Assembly: GCA_963822585.1 (NCBI GenBank)
Contig: CAWGIE010000033.1
Location: 1 to 64,000, forward strand
DNA from: an uncultured bacterium
GTDB taxonomy: Bacteria > Auribacterota > Erginobacteria > Erginobacterales > Erginobacteraceae
Reading direction: 5' to 3'
Length of the DNA stretch: 64,000 bases
Numbering within the stretch: the first letter of the stretch is position 1; every line of letters starts with the position of its first letter. Positions 50,990 through 61,783 of this stretch are shown one piece after another. The translations under genes and the position numbers were made by a program. The notes under the pieces were generated by a model, which had not been told where the DNA came from, ran no database searches, and was given only the letters and a program-made list of their open reading frames with translations.

Positions 50990-51850
50990 CTGAAGAAAAC
51001 CCTGGCAGCTATCCTGGGAAGGACCGGGCTTCTGCAGCCGGCTTTCCGGGCGTATTCCCTCCTCAAAACACGAGACCCGCGGATCCGTCGCGGCAATGCC
51101 CGATACCGCGGCCGCGCGACCCCCGAAGGTCTTCCCATCCCCCCTCCGAAGCTCATCTTCCAGGTCGCCGGAAGTCCCGATATCTCCTGGTTTCTGGAAG
51201 GGGGCCGGCTGGCCTACCGGAGCATGGCGGACGCCCTGGCCGGGCAGGGAATACGGATCGAGAGCCTCCGCTCCGTCCTCGACTTCGGCTGCGGATGCGG
51301 CCGCGTCACCCGTTACTGGCATTCCCACCGGAACATCCGTGTCTCCGGGACGGATTTCAATCCCGCCCCGATCGGATGGTGCCGGAGGCATCTCCCTTTC
51401 GCCCGGTTCACGGTCAACGCGCCCATCCCTCCCCTGGCGTTCCCCGGCGAAGAATTCGATTTCATCTACGCGCTCTCGGTTTTCACCCATCTGCCCGAAG
51501 AGCGGCAGGCGGCCTGGATGAACGAGCTCTCCCGGGTGCTCAGGCCCGGGGGAGTGCTCCTGCTGACCACCCACGGTGAATCTTACCGGGACGCGCTCTC
51601 CCCCCGCGAACGGGAAGAATTTTCGGCCGGACGGCTGGTGGTGCGCTACACGGAAGCGTCCGGCACCAACCTCTGTTCCGCCTATCACCCCCCGGCCTAC
51701 GTGAGAGAAAAATTGGCCGGGGATCTGGAGTGCGTGGATTTCATCCCGGAAGGAGCGAAAGGGAACCCTCATCAGGACATCTTTCTTCTGCGAAAACCGA
51801 AAGCCGGCGGCGACCGGTCATCACCTACGGGATCGAATCGCGGTGCCTGA
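50990..51850 (+). CDS. Class I SAM-dependent methyltransferase
   Basis: VLDFGCGCGR, FDFIYALSVFTHL, RVLRPGG; frame open upstream of ATG 51224 to a CTG at 50990. Confidence 0.85.
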   Translation: MKKTLAAILGRTGLLQPAFRAYSLLKTRDPRIRRGNARYRGRATPEGLPIPPPKLIFQVAGSPDISWFLEGGRLAYRSMADALAGQGIRIESLRSVLDFGCGCGRVTRYWHSHRNIRVSGTDFNPAPIGWCRRHLPFARFTVNAPIPPLAFPGEEFDFIYALSVFTHLPEERQAAWMNELSRVLRPGGVLLLTTHGESYRDALSPREREEFSAGRLVVRYTEASGTNLCSAYHPPAYVREKLAGDLECVDFIPEGAKGNPHQDIFLLRKPKAGGDRSSPTGSNRGA

Positions 51851-51900
51851 CGGCTGCCTTGATAGGACTCTCCAGGCTGCGGTTGAGATACCCTCGCTGC

Positions 51901-52317
51901 TTACGAGGCGTCCTCGAAGGTGGCGTTGCCGTCCTCGTCGATCCGGAGGTACCCGTCGATCTCCGCCTGGACGTCCCGGGTTTGCCATTCAACCAATTCC
52001 CCGTTGATATAGAGCCTGGCGGTTATCTCCCCGCACTCGATCTGGGCATAGAGATAGAGATTGGCCCCGTCCTTGGGGTAGATAGTCCGGGACCAGGGAG
52101 ATTCGTCTATATCAAAGTAGGAATAGAGAGCTCCGTCATCGTCCCGCCACTGCAGAAGGACGAGGCAGGTCACACTCCCATTATCGAATTCAAGCTCGTA
52201 GCGGACGGTGGCCTCGTCATCAGCCGCCCCCCCACCGCTTCCGCCGCAGGAGCAGAGGAAGAGGGGAAGCAGGAGAGTCCCATAAATCAACCTAGAAATG
52301 ATGTTTTTCGAGCGCAT
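51901..52317 (-). CDS. Small lipoprotein (MmpS-like beta domain)
   Basis: Lipobox LCSC; VRYE, SPW, ITARLYING. Confidence 0.6.
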   Translation of the reverse strand: MRSKNIISRLIYGTLLLPLFLCSCGGSGGGAADDEATVRYELEFDNGSVTCLVLLQWRDDDGALYSYFDIDESPWSRTIYPKDGANLYLYAQIECGEITARLYINGELVEWQTRDVQAEIDGYLRIDEDGNATFEDAS

Positions 52318-52373
52318 TTAAAAGAGATTAAGATATTGTTCTGCTGTAACGTATAATTTTTACGAAGTAAAAA

Positions 52374-52880
52374 TTATACTACCATGAAATCACTCCCGGT
52401 CAAAAACAAATCATCCAGATAGACCCGGATCCCCCAGCGCCCGAGAAAACGGCCGATCCCGAACGGCCCGATCGAGACGGGGAACAGTTCTTCCCCCCGG
52501 AGCACCAGCCAGGACCAGCACCGGTAGCGTCCCCCGGGTGAACGGAAGTCCTTTCGAAACGTTTCCTGTGCGTTCCCCAGTGGATTAATCCAGCGGAAGA
52601 CAAGGGTATGATCTCCCGCTTCCACCCGGGGAATCATCACGGTCGCGTAAATCTTATCTCCAAAGCGGAACGTGATCCGGCTCTCTCCCGAGGTGCTCTT
52701 TTTCGGCGAGGTCCCCAGAAAAAGAGACGCTTCCGCCGGAGAGAATGGTTCCGAAAGATGCGCCGAGGTCCGGGGAGGCACACCGCCGGGGTGCGCCCGG
52801 GGATACACCAGGACGAAAATGACTCCGGCTGTCAGAAGACCGGCGACGGAAAAAACCAGGACATCCAGTACCTTCTTCAT
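52374..52880 (-). CDS. Membrane-anchored hypothetical protein (Ig-like)
   Basis: N-terminal TM; WINP.G, GRW.IRVYLD. Confidence 0.6.
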   Translation of the reverse strand: MKKVLDVLVFSVAGLLTAGVIFVLVYPRAHPGGVPPRTSAHLSEPFSPAEASLFLGTSPKKSTSGESRITFRFGDKIYATVMIPRVEAGDHTLVFRWINPLGNAQETFRKDFRSPGGRYRCWSWLVLRGEELFPVSIGPFGIGRFLGRWGIRVYLDDLFLTGSDFMVV

Positions 52881-52929
52881 CTTATTTTTTCGCGCCGCCC
52901 GAGGTTTTAATGGGATAGAAAAAATAAGA

Positions 52930-53541
52930 TTAAAGCGAGAGGACGCGCTCCGAGAGACGGGCGTCCCCTATCTTCCGGCGCAGGTATTCCATCGTGGCCC
53001 CGATCCGCTCGTCCAGGTTCCCCTTGATCTCCAGTTTGCCGCCGGGGAAGGAAGACCACTTCTGTTGGATCAGTTCCTCGATCGCCAGCTGAAACTCCTC
53101 GTTGGTCGAGCGGACACCGTCCTCCATCCCCCGGTTGCAGCTGAGACGGAGATGATCCTCGAGCTGGATGTAGATGAGAAGAAAATAGCTCTTCTGCCAG
53201 TGCTCGGCGCTCTCCCTGATCAACTCGTAAACGGCCGGGTCCACGTATCCTTCCTTCGCTCCCCGCCAGGCAAAAATCGAATTGTCGAAAACACAGCGGT
53301 CGCAGAGAAGAAAATCCGGAAGCCGCTCCGCCCCTTCCAGTTCCAGACGGATCTGCTCCTTGAATATCCAGTACTGTCCCCGGGTGACCTGGCCGCTCTC
53401 GTTGATGTCATAGGGGCAGAGGCGGGAGAGTTCCGGAACCATCTCCACCTGAAATGCCCGGTATTTGAGTTCGCTGAAGAGCCGGTGAAGGAAGGTCGTC
53501 TTGCCGACCCCGAACGTCCCGATGACTCCTATTTTATACAT
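52930..53541 (-). CDS. AAA_28/NadR-like P-loop nucleotide kinase-fold protein
   Basis: GTFGVGKTT Walker A, CDRCVFD, DGVR. Confidence 0.8.
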   Translation of the reverse strand: MYKIGVIGTFGVGKTTFLHRLFSELKYRAFQVEMVPELSRLCPYDINESGQVTRGQYWIFKEQIRLELEGAERLPDFLLCDRCVFDNSIFAWRGAKEGYVDPAVYELIRESAEHWQKSYFLLIYIQLEDHLRLSCNRGMEDGVRSTNEEFQLAIEELIQQKWSSFPGGKLEIKGNLDERIGATMEYLRRKIGDARLSERVLSL

Positions 53542-53696
53542 TAAATTTTCCCTCCGGAAAATTTTAGTTTTGAACCATGCGGTTGGACAATGCGAAATAG
53601 TATCACAACATAGTATATTGAGAATCTCCAGATATCATCACAGATAATTTTGCCGATCACCGATTACTGATTACCGATTACCGTCATGAACCCTCT

Positions 53697-54407
53697 CTAT
53701 CCTTCCCCCTTCTCCTCCCTGGTCACCGAAGGAGGCGGATTGCTCACCAGGCTGTTCTTATGCAGACGCGCGAAGTAGGGGCTGAGAGTCGTGTTGGGCA
53801 GGACCCGCACGCCGTCGCCGATCCGGATCGCGGCCAGAGACACCCCCGCGGCGAGGACGCAGCCATCCCCGATCCGGGTCAGACCGACCCGGAACTTGCC
53901 GCCCCCCTCGTAGGCATGGGTCGAGATCTTGCAGAAGGCGCCGATCAGGGAATTGTCGCCGATCGAGATCAGTTCCGGGCAGAAGTGATCGATCCAGCAA
54001 GCCTGCATGATCTCGGTGTCCTTCCCGATCCGGACGCCGGCCCAACGATAGAGGCGGTTCTTCAGCCGCCCTCCCCGGAGAAACATCGTGAAGAGAACCA
54101 GCCAGCTCAGCGGCACCCGGCTCCAGAACGGCCGGTTCAGCGCCGTCCAGTGAATGCGGTTCGGCTCGGAGAGCCTGCCCAGGCCGGCGAAGGTATAATA
54201 ATTCGTCTTTCCCCGGAGCAGAACCCGCAAACGTTCGCTGCCTTCCGGGGTGTCCGGGTCAACTTCCCGGACATCGATCGGTTCCGCCGCCGAGGAGCGG
54301 GCCACGGTGATCACCCGATTTTTCCGTCGCCCCAGCCGGATCGCCCGGCGGATAATGCGGGTAACAACCCGGCGCAGGGCATCGTCTATATCATGTTTGT
54401 CCACCAT
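53697..54407 (-). CDS. Hexapeptide-repeat (LbH) acyltransferase
   Basis: GVRIGKD, PELISIGDNSLIG....I.TH, RIGDGC; start uncertain. Confidence 0.75.
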   Translation of the reverse strand: MVDKHDIDDALRRVVTRIIRRAIRLGRRKNRVITVARSSAAEPIDVREVDPDTPEGSERLRVLLRGKTNYYTFAGLGRLSEPNRIHWTALNRPFWSRVPLSWLVLFTMFLRGGRLKNRLYRWAGVRIGKDTEIMQACWIDHFCPELISIGDNSLIGAFCKISTHAYEGGGKFRVGLTRIGDGCVLAAGVSLAAIRIGDGVRVLPNTTLSPYFARLHKNSLVSNPPPSVTREEKGEG

Positions 54408-54436
54408 ATCCACCACTATGCTCCAGTGTTTATTAA

Positions 54437-54550
54437 TAATCAAGTAATCGGTAATCAGTGATCAGTAATCAGTCTTGCGGCTACCCGGGGGAACTGACAC
54501 CGATTACCGATCACTGATTACTCACTAGAATTTTTCGAAGAAAAATTCTA
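54437..54550. repeat. Inverted GTAATCR arms plus GAA-loop hairpin overlapping the purH stop
   Basis: Arms 54437-54473 and 54499-54521; tagaattttttcgaagaaaaattcta. Confidence 0.8.
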
Positions 54551-56125
54551 GTGCCGGAAGTGCCGGATGCCGGTGAAGACCATGGTGATCCCGTGTTCTC
54601 GGGCCGCGGCGATTGATTCCTCGTCCCGGATCGATCCTCCCGGCTGGACGATGGCCCGGACCCCGTTCTCCGCCGCCAGGTCAACCACGTCCCGGAAAGG
54701 GAAGAAAGCGTCCGAGGCCATGACCGTCCCCTCCGTCTTGAGGCCGGCCTGCCCGGCCTTGACGATCGCCAGCCGGGCGGCGTCGATCCGGCTCATCTGG
54801 CCGGCGCCGATCCCGACGGTGGCGGTCCCGCTCCCGAGAACGATCGCGTTCGACCGGGTATGCTTACAGACCGTCCAGGCAAAAGCAAGCGCGTCCCATT
54901 CGGCGGGCGACGGCGTTGGCCCGGCGACCACTTTCAAGGAATCGGCGTCCCAGTGGAGCAGGTCGGCTTCCTGGACCAGTATCCCGCCGTAGACGGACCG
55001 GTATGAATAATGGGTCGGCCGGGGGGCAAAAGGCCCCGTTTCCAGGAGACGGAGATTTTTTTTCCGGGAGAAGACCCCCCGGGCCCGCGGGGTAAAACCA
55101 GGGGCGATGACCGCCTCGACAAAGGTCGCGGTCACCTCGGCGGCCAGCGCGTCGTCGACCTCCCGATTGAAAGCGACGATGCTCCCGAACGCGGAGAGCG
55201 GATCGGTGGCCCGGGCCCGGGTATAGCTCTCCAAGAGTGTTCCGGCCGCGGCCGCGCCGCAGGGGTTGTTGTGTTTCATGATCACGGCGGCGGGAGCCGG
55301 CTGTTCCAGGATAAGGGAAAGCGCGCTCTCCAGGTCGAGAATGTTATTATAGGAGAGTTCTTTCCCCTGGAGCTGCCGGGCGCCCCCGAGCGAATTGCCG
55401 CCGCCTGTACCCTGAACCCTGAACCCTGAACCCTCGACGTAAAACGCCGCCTGCTGGTGACGGTTCTCGCCATAGCGCAACGCCTGTCTCAATTCATACT
55501 CCAGATGAAGAACGGGAGGAAATGTCTCCGTCCCCTTTCCGGCCAAAAAACCGTCGATCGCGGCGTCATACCGAGCCGTGGCGGAAAAGGCTTTCGCCGC
55601 CAGCCGGCGCCGGGTCTTTTCCGGAAGTGTTCCGGAGGCCAACCGCATTTCTTCCAGAACCGGCGGGTAATCGGCCGGATCGGAGAGGACTATTACTGAC
55701 CGATAATTCTTGGCCCCCGCCCGCAGGAGAGCCACGCCCCCGATATCGATAAACTCACCAAGCGCTTCGTCGTCCAGCCCTCCGTCCGCCAGCTTCTCCC
55801 CGAACGGATACAGGTTGACCGCCAGAAAGTCGATCGGCGCGATGCCGGAAGCGGCCAACGCGGCCATATCTTCCGGATTGTCCCGCCGCGCCAGAAGGCC
55901 TCCGTGGATTTTCGGATGGAGAGACTTCACCCGCCCATCCAGCATCTCGGGAAAGCCGGTGTGATCCGCCAGGCTGGTAACCGTGATCCCCCCCTCTTCC
56001 AGGACCCGGGTGGTGCCCCCGGTGGAGATAATCTCGAAACCAAGTTCCACCAACGCGGCGCCTAACTCGACGAGGCCGCTCTTGTCCGAGACGCTGATCA
56101 AGGCTATTCGTTTGGAAGCGTTCAT
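54548..56125 (-). CDS. purH: Bifunctional AICAR transformylase/IMP cyclohydrolase
   Basis: [49 protein letters not shown]. Confidence 0.97.
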   Translation of the reverse strand: MNASKRIALISVSDKSGLVELGAALVELGFEIISTGGTTRVLEEGGITVTSLADHTGFPEMLDGRVKSLHPKIHGGLLARRDNPEDMAALAASGIAPIDFLAVNLYPFGEKLADGGLDDEALGEFIDIGGVALLRAGAKNYRSVIVLSDPADYPPVLEEMRLASGTLPEKTRRRLAAKAFSATARYDAAIDGFLAGKGTETFPPVLHLEYELRQALRYGENRHQQAAFYVEGSGFRVQGTGGGNSLGGARQLQGKELSYNNILDLESALSLILEQPAPAAVIMKHNNPCGAAAAGTLLESYTRARATDPLSAFGSIVAFNREVDDALAAEVTATFVEAVIAPGFTPRARGVFSRKKNLRLLETGPFAPRPTHYSYRSVYGGILVQEADLLHWDADSLKVVAGPTPSPAEWDALAFAWTVCKHTRSNAIVLGSGTATVGIGAGQMSRIDAARLAIVKAGQAGLKTEGTVMASDAFFPFRDVVDLAAENGVRAIVQPGGSIRDEESIAAAREHGITMVFTGIRHFRH

Positions 56126-56283
56126 GGATTAATCGGGAATTTTGATAAATGTAATGAGCGAGGTTGGCGAAATGGAGTACTGGAGTGGTGGAGTGTTGGA
56201 ATAATGGAACCGAGCCACCCCGGTTGCGGACAGCCAACCATCATTCCATCATGCCTTCACCAATCGTTGCGACTACCATCATA

Positions 56284-56982
56284 TCACAACCCCGCTTTCT
56301 TCACATACAACTCAAACGCCCCCACCCTCTCCGGGGTTCCGATATCGTAAAACTTCCGATCGACCGGCCAGGCGGCCAGTTTCCCTTCTGCGATCAGCCG
56401 GGGATAGATGTCCTGCTCCAGGGAGAAAACGTCCTCCGCCGGGAAATAATCCGCGATGGCTTTTCGCGCCATCCGGACGCCGGCATCGGCGTGCGTCAGT
56501 GAAGCCGCCGGGCTATCCTCCGCGCAAGCCGTGATTCTCCCCCCTTCCACCCGGAGATTGGGAGGAAGATCGGGGGGTTCCGCAGGGAAAACGCTCACCA
56601 TCATCAGACCCGGGAAGCTTTCGAAGTCTTCCCGCATCCGGCGGTAATCGACCGGGAGCAGGGTGTCGCCGTTGATGAGGAAAAATTCGTCCCTTAGTTT
56701 CGGGAGGGCCAGTTTCAGGGCCCCGCCCGTCCCCCGGGGATCCGTTTCCCGCGAATAATCGATCTGCAGGCCCAGGCGATCTCCGTCTTTAAAATACTCC
56801 TCGATCATCCGGCCCCGGTATCCGGTGCAGAGAAGCACCTCCTCGACACCGTGATCCCGCAGATACAGGATCAGATGTTCCAAAAACGGCCGTCCCCCGA
56901 TCTCGATCAGGCCCTTGGGAACGCGATCGGTCGCCGGGCGCAGCCTGGTTCCCCTCCCTCCGGTAACAATCACCGCTTGCAT
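56284..56982 (-). CDS. Sugar-phosphate nucleotidyltransferase (HddC-like)
   Basis: GGRGTRLRP....PK, GTGGAL, INGDT, FYDIGTPE. Confidence 0.88.
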   Translation of the reverse strand: MQAVIVTGGRGTRLRPATDRVPKGLIEIGGRPFLEHLILYLRDHGVEEVLLCTGYRGRMIEEYFKDGDRLGLQIDYSRETDPRGTGGALKLALPKLRDEFFLINGDTLLPVDYRRMREDFESFPGLMMVSVFPAEPPDLPPNLRVEGGRITACAEDSPAASLTHADAGVRMARKAIADYFPAEDVFSLEQDIYPRLIAEGKLAAWPVDRKFYDIGTPERVGAFELYVKKAGL

Positions 56983-57582
56983 TATAAATGAGCGCCTCCG
57001 GCGCTAAATGAGTGAGAATGCATGAAAGCTAACGCCCCTGAATCACGTTATTGTTCTTTGGATTATACAGTAATTATTTGAACTATTGAATTCTTAAACT
57101 CCGAAGCAATAGGCTAACGCCATTTCAGCCTGAAGTCAAAAAAATATCTCAGACAATGGACGGTCAACTTGAAGTAGGAAAGCGTGTCCTTAAGAAGCGG
57201 CAGAAGAATATAGAATCAACATACCGGACAGAATGAATCAAGGAAAGGGGACAAATAATAATCAAGGGTACCACCCCGGATTCAACCTGAATAGAGGCCC
57301 TTTCGTGCGAATATGCCTATATATCTCCTTTACATCTCCTATATATTTTTTGCGTGGTCAAAATATCCCTTCTCCGCAATAAAATCTCCGAAGGAATCCA
57401 GATAATGTTCAAGGCGACACCCCCCTATCCGGTGGTGAGGGCCTTCACGGATTGACCCCGGATAGGCCGAAGCCTTACGACGGCCCGGGAAGAGGACTCG
57501 ATCTCGCGATGATGCCGATCGCACGTCTTGATTCGCTCGCGAGCGGCAGTCGACGAGGTGGTGATCACTACTCGGACAGTGC

Positions 57583-58566
57583 CTAATTGCTTTTCAGTAA
57601 TCCATCCCAGAATAAACTCTTTGCCAGCTTCCGGGCGATTTCCGGGCCGGGATGCCAGTGGTCGCGGGGGCTCTCTCCCGCCGGGGTGCCTGCTTTCATC
57701 GCCTTCATGGCCGGGTCGTAGAGATCGAAATACCGGATCCCCAGCTCTTCCAGGGTCCGGATGATGGTCTCTCGCTGGTCGCGTTCATAGTCACGCCATT
57801 TCTCGGGCGGCTTGAGCTTGGGCATGATCAGAACCGTGAAATCGATCCCCTTCCGCGATAGGATATCCCGTAGTTCTTCCAGGCTTTTACGGACCTCCCT
57901 CACTCCCATGGCACGGGTATCTTCCGCGGGATCGGGGCGAGCGGCCATGATCCGGCCCAGAAGGTAGCGGTAGAGATAACTATGCCGAAAAAGCCAGGAA
58001 TTGACATGTTCGGAGGGCCGGTTAAGATCGTAAACCACCAGTTTATTATCCTGGTTGAAAAAGGCGATGGGGGTGGTCCCGAAATCGTTATAGACGAAGG
58101 TCAGGATCACATGGTCCGGCTTAATCCGCAGATTATACGTGCGGCAATAGCGCGCTTCCTGGGCGGTGTTGAACGACTCAACACCGGCATTCCAGTATTC
58201 ATATGCCTCTTCACCGTAGAGTTCCTTCAGAGCATCGATTATTCTCCCCCGCGCGGTTACCGAATCGCCGATGAAAAGAAGCCGGGTCACGCCCGGGGCA
58301 CGATCGATGCTGTAGGAATTTTTCAGCGTGCCGAATTCGTTATAAAGGTCATTCCCCAGGATCGGCCGAAAGCCGAAATCCGGGTCGACCGTGAACACTT
58401 TGGCAAGATCGGACCGACTGCGCCGGAGCCAACCCAGCTCGTTTCCCACCTGGAATCCGGCGTTGGGATCAGACCACCGCAAACGGAGTTCCGCGATCAG
58501 CAGTGCCGCCCCGGCCGCGGCGACAAGCAGCAGGCCAAGAACAATCATCCGGATCGACTTCTTCAT
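57583..58566 (-). CDS. SGNH/GDSL hydrolase-family protein
   Basis: IGDSVT, NAGV, YND, DHWHP; N-terminal TM. Confidence 0.82.
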   Translation of the reverse strand: MKKSIRMIVLGLLLVAAAGAALLIAELRLRWSDPNAGFQVGNELGWLRRSRSDLAKVFTVDPDFGFRPILGNDLYNEFGTLKNSYSIDRAPGVTRLLFIGDSVTARGRIIDALKELYGEEAYEYWNAGVESFNTAQEARYCRTYNLRIKPDHVILTFVYNDFGTTPIAFFNQDNKLVVYDLNRPSEHVNSWLFRHSYLYRYLLGRIMAARPDPAEDTRAMGVREVRKSLEELRDILSRKGIDFTVLIMPKLKPPEKWRDYERDQRETIIRTLEELGIRYFDLYDPAMKAMKAGTPAGESPRDHWHPGPEIARKLAKSLFWDGLLKSN

Positions 58567-58580
58567 ACAGATCGAATGTA

Positions 58581-61131
58581 TCAAAATTCCCGATCAGCGG
58601 AAGGGCCCGGCGCGTTGCCGTTCTCCGGAACCCACTCGATGGCCACCCAGTCGATGGAGAGGATGCCTTGCCGGGATATTTTTTGTTCGACTTTTGGTGT
58701 GTCGGAATCCGGCACTGCCCGGAGCGTGATCCAGGAGGTGCCCACCGCGCCATCGCCGTCCGGCAGCCTGCTCTCCACCGTCACCCAGCGATAATCCGGG
58801 GGGATCAACAGCGAAGGGAGTGACCGGCGGTTAAGATCGAGATTCAGGTAAACCGGAGACAGCTTCCCCAGGTTATTCCGCACCTTCATCCTGAGATAGG
58901 GGACCCGGCCGGGGACTTGACAGGTCGGGATCCTGAGCGTCGCTTTCTCTCCCATGGTGCGGTAGCGGCCGCTCCGGGAAGTATTGAAAAGTCTTCCGTC
59001 CTGGAAAGAGTCATCCGGAGGTTCGGCGTTCTTGCCCAGATCGATCCAGACCCCTTCCGCCGGGTCGGCGCTCAGAAGAACCGGGATATTCGGAGGAAGT
59101 CCCCGGTCGGAGACAAACCGGAGAGTCGCTTCCTCCCCGCTCATCATCTGCCGGTCCAGATAGATAAAGTTGACGCCGTCCAGAAGCTTCCCGTCAACGG
59201 GAAGCCGTTGAGAAAGACACGCACCTCCTTCCGGGAGCGGTCCTTCCAGAGACTGTGGAGGTCTACGGCGAGAATCCGGTCGCGGACGGTAACGGCGGGA
59301 AAAGAGAGTGAAACTTCCTTCTCCTGCCAGGGGAGCACCCGGTAGAGCTGGAGGTCGGGCCGTTCAGAAAAATATTTCCGGCGGATCCCCAGTTCTTCCG
59401 AGGCCCATCTCTTGACCGGCGTCACCTGAAAGTTTTCCCGCAGAGCCGGCAGATATTCTTCCGCATCCCGGTAGCCCCGGTTATCGAGGTAAAAAACCGG
59501 CACCCCCGCGGTCATGACCATCTGCAGAGCCCGCTCCGGGGGCAGCCCCAGGGAGCGGCGAGCTGAGTATAATTCAAAGAGAAACAATGCGTGTACATAT
59601 CGATGTTCTGCTTGAGGAACCGCGTCGACAGAACCAGCGATCCGGGAGGCGTATATTTTTCGATTTCAGCCCGCAGGTGTTTGAGTTCGCGAAGCTGAAA
59701 ATTCCCCTCTCTCATCTGGGGGATGATCGTCATCAGAAAAAAGATAAAGAGCGGAATCACCATGATTAAAGACGCGTATCGGCGCAGGAAGCGGGAGGCC
59801 CCCCACCGGGCCGGCAGCAACAGGAGAACGGCGCAGAGGGCGAGAAAGGCCGCGCTCACCGGGGGAACAAAGGGAGCCCGGTCTTGAAAAGCCCCGGCGG
59901 CGAGGAAGAGAAGAACCGCGCCGGCCGGGAAAAGGAGCGCTTGTGACAGGGTGAGCCCCTTCCCCCGCGCCGCCGGCCTTTCCTTCAGTTCGGCCAGTTT
60001 TTTCAAAATAACGATCATCCCGCGGGCGATAAAATAACTGAGCATGAAATACACCGGCAGCAGGTAACGATCCTGCTTGTATTTAAAAACAGCGAAGACC
60101 AGGAAGAGGCAGATGAGTTGGGGAAGCCAGAGGAGAAAGACGGCGCGCTTTCTGACAGTATATACCAACCCCAGCAGGGCGACGACCAGCAGGGGGAGGG
60201 AGTAGTTGCCGAGAATAAAGCCAAGATACCACCCCCCCGATCTCTGCAGGTAACCGATCCAGAAGAGCCCGGAACCGGGACCGGAAGCAAGCGACAGGGA
60301 GCGCGCCAATTGCAGAGACGTAGCGGCCAGGTTCCCCTGGCTTCCGATATCCATAATAAAAACCGGGATGACAACAACCAGCACCCCCATCAGGGCGCTG
60401 CCGAGGGGGAGAAAGGTTCTTCTCCATCGTGTTTTTTCCTTCCCGGGGGAAAACAGAAGGTAGAGAAAAAACGGCCCGGCCGCCACCGCGTAATTAATCC
60501 TGATCAGGATCGCGCCGCCCAGGAAGAGGACGGCGAGGAAAAGAGAGAGAGGACGGCTTTTTTCTCCGTCTCTCCCGGAAAGCAGCAGAAAAAGACTGAT
60601 CATCAGAAAAGTCAGGGGGGGCACATCCCGCATTATCTTAATGGAGGAGAAAAACACCCGGTAGGGAGGGATCAGGAGGACGATCAGGAGACCGGTCAAA
60701 GCCAGAATATTCCGCTCGGGCATAACCGGGGGCATTTTCCGGGCCAGCAGAAAAAAGAAAACACCGAGAAGAACCAGGAAGAGCGGCCCGACGAAATGGG
60801 CTCCAGAGAGGCCGCCGATTTTTATCGCCAGCGCCAGCAGCAGAGGATATCCGATATCGACCCCGTAACGGATCCGGCCGTCGATCAGGTGCCGGTTGCC
60901 GCTGAAGAGGTTCACGTGGCCGGATGCCGGCCAGTACTCTTTAAAGATGTCATAGAGGGGGTATTGACCGCAGAGGGAACCTTCGGCGATACTTCGGGCG
61001 GAGATCAGGTACGAGTAACTGTCGGAGTTCAGAAGAGTAGTATAGCCGCGGAGACCGTAACCGGCCAGAAACAGCAGTGTCAGGACCAGCAGGATCAGGG
61101 GGATTATTTTATAGAATAGGCGATCGGACAC
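58581..61131 (-). CDS. GT-C fold membrane glycosyltransferase-like protein with C-terminal beta domains, two frameshifts
   Basis: SDSYSY..A, GYP, QDRYLLP; three consecutive ORF pieces align with the paralog at 61784 onward. Confidence 0.72.
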
Positions 61132-61154
61132 GGCTGTTTCCTCGTGTTCAACAA

Positions 61155-61390
61155 GTTAGCGCCTTCGGCGCAATTCGGTCAGGGCAACGGCAAAGAGGCC
61201 CGTTTCGTTTGTCGGTTACGGTTACGTGCGCCAGGCGCGGCGGACGTTACCCTAACCCTCACCGATACCCTGATAAATCGGGGCAAGCTGGGCATCGTTA
61301 CCCTTACCGCAACCTTTTATTGTGAGCCGGATGCTCATCAGCCTAAAGCCGAAAATTCCGAAAAAGCAAGTTAGCTCTTCGCACTAACCT
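61155..61390. repeat. Inverted (GGTTAC)n/(CGTTACC) element bounded by two small hairpins
   Basis: gttagcgccttcggcgcaatt at left, gttagctcttcgcactaac at right. Confidence 0.6.
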
Positions 61391-61783
61391 TTATGGGTCT
61401 CTGCCCAGGGATTACCAGACGGCAAATTTATCCGCGAATTGAATATCAGGTTATCAGTATATCAGTGGGAGAATACCGGGATATCATTATCAGGCGAGGC
61501 CGGCCGTGCTGACTATCCTCTGATGTTCTGATCCCCTCCCCTCTGATCTCCTGGTCCTCTGATCCCTTATACGGCTTTATCTCGTTACCATGCTCCGCGT
61601 GGTAATGCGTAGCCTTACGTTCCCACGCGACGTGAACAGGAAAAGTAATCATGAATTATCTTTAAAATACCACCGAATGTCGGTTCAATGCTTGCTCATT
61701 CTTTTTTTCCGCTCCGCCCCGAAGTTTAATCGGGGAAGCAAAATAAGATGTTCCTAAATTAACGGCGAAGCCGTTAATTTATT

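Noticed and set aside
57000..57580. Gene in the AT-rich gap
   Set aside because: Only short fragments without a recognisable family; possibly a decayed remnant but unsupported
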